Positions 36,990 to 46,300 of a stretch of 64,000 bases of DNA are shown here, in pieces. A program made the translations under genes and the position numbers. The notes beneath the pieces were generated by a model. That model was not told where the DNA came from. It was given only the letters and a program-made list of their open reading frames with translations, and ran no database searches. Each line of letters begins with the position of its first letter. The first letter of the stretch is position 1. The DNA comes from an uncultured virus (IMG/VR IMGVR_UViG_3300049489_000458). Taxonomy: Duplodnaviria; Heunggongvirae; Uroviricota; Caudoviricetes. The stretch lies in IMG/VR virus record IMGVR_UViG_3300049489_000458. The stretch is one strand, 5' to 3'.

Positions 36990-38507
36990 TTGGGAATTAA
37001 ATTTAATCCCTTTACTTCAAATTTCGATTTCGACTCTGCTGCAGGAGCATTTATTCCTTTGGCAGAAAAGGGAGCAAATAATGGAGTCGCTGAACTTGAT
37101 GGTGGCGGTAAAGTCCCAGTTAGTCAATTACCTAATTCCATTATGCAGTATAAGAGTTTATGGGACGCATCAACTAATGCCCCAGCTTTAGCTGACGGAG
37201 CTGGCAATCCTGATGAAGAGATTGGAAGTGTTTATAGAGTTTCTGTAGCAGGAACCCAGGATTTAGGTTCTGGTAATATTACATTTGATATCGGCGATTA
37301 TGTAATCCTGAATGATTCTAAGATATTTGAAAAAGCTGATACTACCGATTCTGTTGTATCAGTTAATAGTCAAACTGGTATTGTTAGTTTAGATACTGAT
37401 GCTATTGCTGAAGGTACTAATCTTTATTTTACAGATACTCGCGCTCGAACTGCCGCAGTTGATGATGTTATTGTTGATGGAGTAACCAACGTTGCTCCAT
37501 CACAGAATGCGGTATTCGATGCGTTAGCCAATAAAGCAGATACATCGCTTAGTAATTTGACTGGTCCTACTAATATAAATCAAGATTTAATACCACAGAC
37601 GGGTGTCGCCTTATCGGTAGACAATTTGACAGGTCGAACTGAAGGAGGATCATTTGCTCCATCATCGTCATATGCTGTAAAATTTACGGCAGGGTCAAAT
37701 TATGTTTTAAGTAAAATTGTATGTGCGATGCGGATTTTTGCTATTGGCGGAACCTACGCTGTTAGAATTTATTCTGACGCTAGTGTCCCTACTACATTAC
37801 TAGCAACTTCAGACTCATTTGTCCCCGGATCAACCGGGGCACTAGCCGACGTGGATTTCAACTTCTCGACTCCGTACACTCTCACAAACGGGACAACATA
37901 TTGGATAGCTTTAGCTAAGGTATCTGGCGGCGGCACCGCCGCAATGGGGGCACTAAATAGTTCGGTAATTGCGACTAGCCCAAAAGAGTTCAGTTTTGGG
38001 ACATGGAATGTAACCCCATCAAAACTCGCATTTGCTGTACATTCAGTATTGGCTCTAAAAATAGGAAGTTTAGCTAAACCTTGGGAAGTTGGGTATACCA
38101 ATAAGCTATTATTGGTAGACGCAGATCAGTCAAATTCGGTTGGTTTTAAATCTCCCGCTACCGTTGCAGCCGATCTTATATTTGAACTTCCTGGTACAGA
38201 CGGCACAAGCGGTCAGGTTTTGTCTACTGACGGTGCTGGAGTTTTGTCTTGGGTGCAAGGCGGCGTTGGAACAACGCCTAACGTAGAATACATTACTTTA
38301 TCTGCTGGTGATATTACGGCAAAACAGGTCCCTTTGGCAGCGGCACCTTACTCCGCTGCTAAAACTATTCTAGATGTTATTGCTGGTGGACCACAACTGT
38401 ACTCTACTGATTATACAGTGTCTGCCGCAGTTTTGGATTGGACCGGACTGGGTCTTGATGGAGTTTTGATAGCTGGCGATGTTTTGCGGGTTGTGTACTG
38501 GACTTAA
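36990..38507 (+). CDS. Tail or head fibre protein
   Basis: 'GVAELDGGGKVPVSQLP', 'VVSVNSQTGIVSL' and 'DGTSGQVLSTDGAGVLSW' modules. Confidence 0.8.
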   Translation: MGIKFNPFTSNFDFDSAAGAFIPLAEKGANNGVAELDGGGKVPVSQLPNSIMQYKSLWDASTNAPALADGAGNPDEEIGSVYRVSVAGTQDLGSGNITFDIGDYVILNDSKIFEKADTTDSVVSVNSQTGIVSLDTDAIAEGTNLYFTDTRARTAAVDDVIVDGVTNVAPSQNAVFDALANKADTSLSNLTGPTNINQDLIPQTGVALSVDNLTGRTEGGSFAPSSSYAVKFTAGSNYVLSKIVCAMRIFAIGGTYAVRIYSDASVPTTLLATSDSFVPGSTGALADVDFNFSTPYTLTNGTTYWIALAKVSGGGTAAMGALNSSVIATSPKEFSFGTWNVTPSKLAFAVHSVLALKIGSLAKPWEVGYTNKLLLVDADQSNSVGFKSPATVAADLIFELPGTDGTSGQVLSTDGAGVLSWVQGGVGTTPNVEYITLSAGDITAKQVPLAAAPYSAAKTILDVIAGGPQLYSTDYTVSAAVLDWTGLGLDGVLIAGDVLRVVYWT

Positions 38508-38541
38508 TGTTTAAGAATGTAACAATAACAGAGGATATTTT

Positions 38542-40065
38542 ATGTCTACGATTGGTAAAAGGTTTTTAGGCTCGGATTCTGTTGACCAAACAAAACTTCG
38601 GCTAGATAATGATTCTTGGCTACGCGCTCGGAATGCGGCAAATAATGCCGATATAAACTTAATTAAGCTCGACGCGAGTAACTTGATTCAGGTTTCTGGT
38701 GCTTTGAATGCGTCGGGCGCAGTTACCGGAACTAACATTTCTGGGTCTAGCTCTGGCACAAATACTGGTGATATAACTATTACTACTGTCGGGGCAACTC
38801 CTGCAGCGGCAGGTGCCAGCTTATCTGGACAAGCTTTAACTCTACAACCTTTTGATAGTACCAATCCTGGGGTAGTTGTTGCCTCTGGCGGCGGTACGGC
38901 TAATTTCTTAAGAGCAGACGGGACTTGGGCCGCGCCAACTAGCTCTGGGGCTAACACTACACTATCTAACTTAGGCGTTACCGCTATCAATGCTGACCTT
39001 TTACCTGATGCCGATATAACCAGAAGTGTTGGGGCTGTCAGCAATCAAATGCTCGATGTTTTTAGTTTTAATTATACGGCTACCGGAGAAGGAGCTAAGT
39101 ACACTGCCAACAATGGTACATCAAATGTCCAGCTATTAGCGGAAGGACTTACGTCCACCCCATCGGCAAGCGATACAGGCTTGGCAATTAAAGCAACTAC
39201 GGCGAGTTTGGCGGGTAATAACGCCTTTGCTATTTTTACCCAAAACCGAACGGGGTTAGGCAACGGTTCTGGTCACTTAATATTTGAAACAGGTAATACG
39301 ACAAGTTCTTCTGGAACTGGATATATTTCTTTGTTATCAGGTGCTCCGGCTGGATCTGGTACATCAGGAGCGGTTTCGTTAACCTCCGGCAACTCTGCTT
39401 CTGGCAACAGCGGAAACGTGTCTTTGACTGTCGGTTCAGCCGGAGGAACGCAGGGTGAAATTGTTCTTTTCAAGACAGGAGTCGCCTCGGTTATCGGCGA
39501 TGTTTGGACAGCGACTGGTACCGCAGGTGAAGGCTACTGGACAGCACCTGCTAGTTCTGGTACTGTCACCTCAGTTGCCGCTAGTGTTCCAGCTTTTCTT
39601 AGTGTTTCCGGTTCACCGATCACATCGAGTGGAACGTTAGCTATATCACTAAGCGGAACCGCTTTACCTTTGGCGAATGGTGGAACTGGTGAAACGTCAG
39701 CGTCTGCTGCAATCAATGCTCTGGTCCCAACTCAGACAGGTAATTCCGGCAAACGGTTGAGCACAAACGGAACCGTAGTTTCTTGGGCAGATGAACCTAT
39801 TCATAATAAGGAATTATTTGTTCTTGTGTCAGGCGATATAACCAATCAGTACATCGATCTCGCTCATGTGGCTAAAACTAATTCTATCGATTTTGTAGTT
39901 AAAGGTGGCGGCATTCAGATTGAAGGCGCAAGTTATGATTACAGTGTTAGTTATACTGGTGGGGCTGGCGGTAATACTAGAATTACCTTTCTGAATGATT
40001 TAGCAACAGGTGGGCCATCGGCTTTGGTAGCTACTGATGTAGTAGTAGTTAAGTATCAATATTAA
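38542..40065 (+). CDS. Tail or head fibre protein
   Basis: 'NFLRADGTWA', 'GTVTSV...ITSSGTL' and 'LANGGTG' modules. Confidence 0.8.
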   Translation: MSTIGKRFLGSDSVDQTKLRLDNDSWLRARNAANNADINLIKLDASNLIQVSGALNASGAVTGTNISGSSSGTNTGDITITTVGATPAAAGASLSGQALTLQPFDSTNPGVVVASGGGTANFLRADGTWAAPTSSGANTTLSNLGVTAINADLLPDADITRSVGAVSNQMLDVFSFNYTATGEGAKYTANNGTSNVQLLAEGLTSTPSASDTGLAIKATTASLAGNNAFAIFTQNRTGLGNGSGHLIFETGNTTSSSGTGYISLLSGAPAGSGTSGAVSLTSGNSASGNSGNVSLTVGSAGGTQGEIVLFKTGVASVIGDVWTATGTAGEGYWTAPASSGTVTSVAASVPAFLSVSGSPITSSGTLAISLSGTALPLANGGTGETSASAAINALVPTQTGNSGKRLSTNGTVVSWADEPIHNKELFVLVSGDITNQYIDLAHVAKTNSIDFVVKGGGIQIEGASYDYSVSYTGGAGGNTRITFLNDLATGGPSALVATDVVVVKYQY

Positions 40066-40076
40066 AGGAATAGCAG

Positions 40077-41207
40077 ATGGCAAAGCAAAAGAGTAAGTTC
40101 ATTGAAAACATCGGGACAGCTAACGGTTTAGCTACGCTTGATAGTGGCGGTAAAGTTCCGGTAGCTCAACTTCCGGCATCCGTAATGACATACAACGGAA
40201 CGTGGAACGCTACCACAAATAGTCCGACATTAGCTGACGGTACGGGTGATGCCGGTGATATTTATATAGTTAGTGTTGCAGGTGCACAAAACCTCGGTAG
40301 CGGGTCAATCGATTTCATTGCTGGCGATTGGGTTATTTACAACGGTACGATTTGGCAAAAAACGGTTAATTCAGCCGCTGTTGCTAGTGTTAACGGGCTG
40401 TCAGGTGATGTTGAGATCACGACAGACGAGGTGTCTGAAGGTGTCACTAATATTTGGTTTACTAATACGCGAGCAAAATCGGCGGCAGTAGCTGACAGTA
40501 TTACAAACGGCGTTACCGATGTTGCTCCTTCACAAAACGCCGTCTTTGATGCGTTGGCGCTAAAAGCACCTTCAACTACTCCAACTGTTCAGGTTTTAAC
40601 ATCAGGCACTGGAGCGACATATACAACCCCAGCTAATTGTCGATATATTAAAATTAGAATGGTTGGCGGCGGTGGCGGTGGTGGTGGAACTGGATCGGCC
40701 AGTGCCGGGAATGGCACAGCGGGAGGGAACACTACCTTTGGCTCACTTACAGCCTACGGCGGATCGGGTGGACCAAACGGCACCAATGGCGGGTTTTTAG
40801 GTGGTGCCGGTGGTGGAGCATCTGGTGGTGACTTAAATTTCACAGGTAGTCCAGGTCTGTCGGCGTCAGGAAACGACAGCTTAAATCAATATCAAATGTA
40901 CGGACACATTGGAGGCAATTCAGTTTTTGGTGGAGCCGGAGGTGCTGGCACCAATGGCGGCGGCAATACAGGCGGCTCTGCTCAAAGCAATTCGGGTTCA
41001 GGCGGTGGCTCGGCTGGAGGAGGAAGCAATAACGACGCGGCTGGTTCAGGCGGTGCTGGTGGGTATTTAGAAAAAATGATCACATCCCCATCATCTACTT
41101 ATACATACACAGTAGGTTCAGGTGGAGCCGGAGGTACAGCCGGGACAAACGGTGGTACAGGTGGGGCCGGAGGCTCGGGTATTATTATTGTCGAAGAATT
41201 TTATTAA
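40077..41207 (+). CDS. Fibre protein with a glycine-rich C-terminal domain
   Basis: N-terminus paralogous to 36990..38507; 'VGGGGGGG...GGSGIIIVEEF' Gly-rich domain. Confidence 0.8.
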   Translation: MAKQKSKFIENIGTANGLATLDSGGKVPVAQLPASVMTYNGTWNATTNSPTLADGTGDAGDIYIVSVAGAQNLGSGSIDFIAGDWVIYNGTIWQKTVNSAAVASVNGLSGDVEITTDEVSEGVTNIWFTNTRAKSAAVADSITNGVTDVAPSQNAVFDALALKAPSTTPTVQVLTSGTGATYTTPANCRYIKIRMVGGGGGGGGTGSASAGNGTAGGNTTFGSLTAYGGSGGPNGTNGGFLGGAGGGASGGDLNFTGSPGLSASGNDSLNQYQMYGHIGGNSVFGGAGGAGTNGGGNTGGSAQSNSGSGGGSAGGGSNNDAAGSGGAGGYLEKMITSPSSTYTYTVGSGGAGGTAGTNGGTGGAGGSGIIIVEEFY

Positions 41208-41208
41208 C

Positions 41209-41237
41209 TTGACATTGGTATAGTTTTTGCATATAAT
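41209..41237 (+). promoter_or_regulatory. Consensus sigma-70 promoter with a nested sigma-54 motif
   Basis: TTGACA-N17-TATAAT; the spacer is TTGGTATAGTTTTTGCA (GG-N10-GC). Confidence 0.8.
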
Positions 41238-41257
41238 GTAATAAAAAGGAATATAGC

Positions 41258-41671
41258 ATGAGTGAACGAAGTAAATTAGATCCAACACATATAGCACAAC
41301 TTACATTTGATCCTATTTCTGAATCTACAAAGGTCAAGCTTCAGGATACTGAGATTGATATGGAACTTAGTGCTGATGATGGTGATAGTGTAACATCACA
41401 TCCGGTTAAATTGATAGCTAGTGTTCTTGGTTGTGATCTAGACGATAATATGTTGGATATTATTCCTGCTCTTGATTGTTCCTCTTTAGGTAAAGTAAGG
41501 GTTGATATAGATGGATCTGGTAATGTTAATGTGCTTGTTAGTCCTACTGACGCTGGCGATTATTTCTACTCTGTAGGAGGATCTGGTGCCATTCTTGACA
41601 TCTGCGCTAGACGTATTAAAGTTAAGTCACTTAATGTAGTTGGCGATGTTCATTTAGTAGGTAAATCGTAA
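41258..41671 (+). CDS. Hypothetical protein
   Basis: AAGGA RBS; 137 aa. Confidence 0.65.
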   Translation: MSERSKLDPTHIAQLTFDPISESTKVKLQDTEIDMELSADDGDSVTSHPVKLIASVLGCDLDDNMLDIIPALDCSSLGKVRVDIDGSGNVNVLVSPTDAGDYFYSVGGSGAILDICARRIKVKSLNVVGDVHLVGKS

Positions 41672-42183
41672 TGGCTAAATTAATGATAGGTTCAGGAATA
41701 ACATTAGAGGCTCAATTGCCACTACTAGATACTGTTCCTAAAATAGGCCCAGCGGTTATAGAACAAAAGAGAGAAGATCCTGATATTCAAGCTATGATTG
41801 ATCGAGCTATTGCTATGCTTCCTAAGCCTGAACTTCTGCTTGCTTCTCCTCCAAAGTTAATGCCTATTCCGATAGTTGATTTAAATCCTCTTGAGACCGC
41901 AATTAGTAATCAGGCCCAGCGTCTTATGGAGCATAACGATAGACTTCTTAAACTTGAGAATACTGAACCTATTGTTATTCCGTCAATGGTTATCCCAGAA
42001 GTTAAGCAAATTACTCACGTTAAAGATGTAAGTCACGAAGTTAAACTTGAAATATATAGCGTCATTAAAGAAGGATTTCATGCTGTCACTTCTGATATGG
42101 AAAATGAACTTAAAAAACAGCATAAAATTAATTTAGTTTTAAGTGGTTTAGTTTTATTAACAATAATTTTACATTTCATATAA
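41671..42183 (+). CDS. Hypothetical protein with a C-terminal transmembrane helix
   Basis: Ends LVLSGLVLLTIILHFI. Confidence 0.65.
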   Translation: MAKLMIGSGITLEAQLPLLDTVPKIGPAVIEQKREDPDIQAMIDRAIAMLPKPELLLASPPKLMPIPIVDLNPLETAISNQAQRLMEHNDRLLKLENTEPIVIPSMVIPEVKQITHVKDVSHEVKLEIYSVIKEGFHAVTSDMENELKKQHKINLVLSGLVLLTIILHFI

Positions 42184-42195
42184 GGAGAAAATGTA

Positions 42196-42399
42196 ATGAA
42201 AAAAGAGAAAAAGGCTTCTAGTAAAAAGGTCGGTAAAATGGCAGCACTAAAGGGTCTTCATAAAATGGCATCAGATATGATGGGCGCAGATATGGCCAAT
42301 ATGAAGAAAGTTAGTGTTGTCGCTAAAGACAAAAAAGGCTTGAAAAAAGGTCTAGATAAAGCTGAAGAGATGTTGGATACTGACGACGAAAAGTGTTAA
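42196..42399 (+). CDS. Small Lys/Met-rich protein
   Basis: TAAGGAG RBS. Confidence 0.7.
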   Translation: MKKEKKASSKKVGKMAALKGLHKMASDMMGADMANMKKVSVVAKDKKGLKKGLDKAEEMLDTDDEKC

Positions 42400-42410
42400 T
42401 TGGAGATTAA

Positions 42411-43349
42411 GTGAAAATTACTACAGCTTCAGTCCTAATAGATGGAATCAAGAGAAGGGCATCTATACCAGAGAATCAGGCTACATTCGAGGCCGATGAC
42501 TTTCTGGCATTTGCTGATGAGGAACTTCTACTTGGTGTTGTTCCTGCAATTATGTCATTGCATGAAGATTACTTTCTATTTGAGATAACGGTTAATCTAG
42601 AATCAGGTAAAACTGAATATGAGATCCCATCTAGAGCTGCTGGTAATAAACTTCGCGATCTTCAATATAAGCCCGATCCTAATACCTTTGTTGAAATGAC
42701 AAGAGTTGGAATTGGTGATAGATTTGGTAGTGATAGTCTATCAAATGATCTTCGTCGTTATTATGTTAAAAATAATAAAGTTGTAGTTGGTTCCTCTATG
42801 GGAACCAGTTCTGGACAATTAACTTTTGTTTTCTATATTAAGCCGTCCCAGATGGTTTTAGAAGATAGAGTTGGTATTATCCAGGGAATTAATAATCTAT
42901 TGAATGGTAAAACTGAAATAGTTATAAACGCTGTTCCTGATAATTTTAGCACAAGTATTCTTTATGATGTATATAAAGCAGAATCTCCTAGTTCTATCTT
43001 AGAAATAGATATGGTTCCTGTATCTATTAATACATCCAATCGTTCTGTAACGTTTAATACAGTTAATATTCCTGATGAACTAAAAGTTGGGGACCATTTG
43101 GCACAAGCTGGCGAAGCCACTATTGCACAAATCCCTAACGAATTTCATCCAATGCTCGAACAGATGGTAGCATGTCGAGTTCTAGAAGCCCAGGGTGATA
43201 CTTCTGGATTACAAAATGCGCTTCTTAAACTACAACAGATGCAAAGTGCTGGCGCAAATCTTATTGATAATAGAATCGATGATGCTCCGATTAAGATTAT
43301 TAATAAAAATAGCCCATTAAGATCTTCAAATAATTTTCGTCGTAGATAA
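42411..43349 (+). CDS. Head-tail adaptor / tail tubular protein A-like
   Basis: Position and size; 'LIDGIKRRASIP...FLAFADEEL...YEIPSRA' pattern. Confidence 0.6.
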   Translation: MKITTASVLIDGIKRRASIPENQATFEADDFLAFADEELLLGVVPAIMSLHEDYFLFEITVNLESGKTEYEIPSRAAGNKLRDLQYKPDPNTFVEMTRVGIGDRFGSDSLSNDLRRYYVKNNKVVVGSSMGTSSGQLTFVFYIKPSQMVLEDRVGIIQGINNLLNGKTEIVINAVPDNFSTSILYDVYKAESPSSILEIDMVPVSINTSNRSVTFNTVNIPDELKVGDHLAQAGEATIAQIPNEFHPMLEQMVACRVLEAQGDTSGLQNALLKLQQMQSAGANLIDNRIDDAPIKIINKNSPLRSSNNFRRR

Positions 43350-43358
43350 GGGCAATTA

Positions 43359-46300
43359 ATGGCGCAAAAAGTTGTCTTAAAAAATAAAGGGTTAGTTACT
43401 GATCCTAATCAACTTTCAGGTTTGCCTGAAGGTGCTATGGTTAAGGCAGAAAACGTTGTTATTGATCGGCAGGATATTGTTGAGTCTAGACGTGGTATGG
43501 CTCAATATGGCAATACCTTTGGACTTCCTGATGCTCGTTCTAAACAACTTCTTGTATATAAAGATAGAATCCTGATTCATTATTCAGATAAATTACTATT
43601 TAACGATAACCCGCATAATAATACAGTTGATGGCGATTTTGAACAGTTTGATGGTTCGTTTTCAGAACTTGAAACTGGACTTCGCATTAAAGCGATTGAA
43701 TCTAATAAAAATCTATATTTTACAACATCTGATGGCATTAAAAAGATCTCCGCTAAAACTGCCGCTGACTTTACAACTGCGGTAGATTTTATTCGTGATG
43801 CTGGCGCAGCTAAGGCGCTTGACGTTACCGGTTCACTTAACAGTACAACTGAAGGCTTTCTTCCTCCGAATAGTAAAGTATCATATCGGGTTGTATGGGC
43901 GTATAAAGATAATAACAATAATCAGATTGTCGGCTCCCCTAGTTCTAAACTCGTCATGAGTAATGCCAGTTTAGCTAATGCTAATATTGATCTTGATTTT
44001 GTTATTCCACAGAATGTAATTAGTGGTTACTTTTATCAGGTCTATAGATCGGCTGTTTTCACAGCTACCGGAAGCCTTACATTAGATGATATTTTTCCAG
44101 ATGATGAACTTCAATTAGTTATTGAAGATTTCCCCACAAGCGCACAGTTTACCACAGGATCTATCCGGGTGACTGACCTTGCCCCAGAAGACCTACGACA
44201 GGGCGGATTGTTCCTTTATACAAATCCGAATGCTGGTGAGGGTATTGGGCAAGCTAATGAGCCTCCCCCAATTGCTAAAGATGTGACAATGTACCAAAAT
44301 ACGTTGTTTTATGCTAATACAGAAACTCGCGCTAGAACTAATATAACACTATTAAGCGTAGATGATTTTACTACTGGAGGTTCGTCTATTACTATAGATA
44401 ATTCAGTAGATCCTGCTCAAACGTATACATTTGTTGGAGCTAAAGAGAAGACCAAATTTGATTTTACTCCATATGTGGGACAAATTCCTGCCGATTTAAA
44501 GGGTAAGTATTTCCTAATTAATTCAGCTTCTAATAAACGTAAATATTATGCATGGTTTGATAATACTAAAACCAAACAAGTTATAGATTTTGCTAATTTT
44601 ACAGGAAGCTTCACCGCACCGATTCCTGATCTTGATACCAAGTTCTTTGTACTTTATACTAAAGATCCAGATAAAACGTATTATGTATGGCTTGATGCTA
44701 CAGGTAGTTCCATTGATCCAGGCACCGATTCCGCTAATGGACTAACTGGTTATATTGGAATGAGAGTTCCAATTTTAGGACTTACTACTATTGTCCAATT
44801 AGCTAATGCTGTTCAGACTGCTATTGCTAATGGCGATATCGATGACGATTTTGATGTTAATTATGCAACAGGAACTGCTGCAGGAGTTACTGTAACTTTT
44901 GGTAATCCTACCCTATTTACATCGGCATCTCATGGTTTAGAAACGGGAGATAGAGTTACAGTTACAGCTAGTGGCACTACTCCAAATATTGATGGTATTC
45001 ATTATATTACCAAAACGGGAGTTAATACTTTCACGATTCCGGTGGTAACTACTGTTGGCGGACCTGCGACTTGGACAGCAGATAGTTCTGCAGTTATTGT
45101 CTATTCTGAATCATTTGACGATACGCAACGTCCCGTAGTTGAAAACATACAGAAGGGATTTTCTTTTACTTTTGATACAGAACTTAATGATGACCCCTCG
45201 AATGATTTGATTACAAATACAGACGTAGTTGGTCGTTCAGGATTTCGTGTTAATGTTAGTCGCGGAGTTACAACTAATGCTCATGTAGCAGATGCCCTAG
45301 CTGCTGCTATTGATGATCAAGATACGGCTTTAGATTTTCTTGTTGAATATGGGACCAGTCCTACTTATGTCGAAATTACCAATAAAAATAATGGTAATAC
45401 AGTAGATGCGGTTGATAGTTCAATTAATCCAATTGCCAACTCCTTTGTTATTACAGTTTTAACTCAAGGTGACGGAGAGGACGTTTCTGGAGTTATAACT
45501 GCGACAAATACTGGCCCAACTGTGACAGTTACTTCTGCCGATAACGGTCTATCTGTTGCCGATACTATTACAATAACTAATAGTAATACTACGCCGTCTA
45601 TTGATGGAACTCATACAATAGTCGCTCGTACTAAAAATACATTTGACATTACCCCAGGTAGTCCTGTAACAATTGCTGGAACTAGTGGTTCATGGAAACA
45701 GGTAGATAATCACGTTCTTTTATCTGCAGCAGTTAGTCCAGCTCAAGCTATTGATGAAACTGCCAGATCTCTTGTTAATATCATTAATCTCAATTCTTCT
45801 GATACAGTATATGCTTATTATCTATCAGGATCGACGGATCTTCCTGGTCCAATACTACTAGAAACCAAAGATATCGGAACGAATCAATTCACAGTTATAG
45901 CAAATAATGCAACAACTGGTGCCGAATTTAATCCGTCCCTTCCGCCAGTTCTTAATGCTGAACCTGTTATTGGTGTGGCTGAAACTAAGCCTAATCGTAT
46001 ATATTTTGCTAAATTACAACAACCAGAAGCCGTTCCTCTTTTAAACTTTATTGATGTTGGTCCAGAAGATAAAGCTATTTCTAGAATTCTAGCTTTAAGA
46101 GAAAGTCTATTCATCCTGAAAGAAGACGGTGTATATCGTTTGACAGGATCTAATGGTAGTTTTAGTGTAGATCTTTTTGATGGTTCCACTAAGATATTAG
46201 CGCCCGATAGTGCAATTACGTTAAATAACCTAGTTTATTGTCTCACTAACTTAGGCATTGTGTCGATCTCAGATACTGGGGTTAGCGTTATTAGTAATCC

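Noticed and set aside
34943..41207. Diversity-generating retroelement or invertible fibre switch
   Set aside because: No reverse transcriptase or invertase in the window and no adenine-specific near-identical repeat pair noticed; similarity is at protein level only
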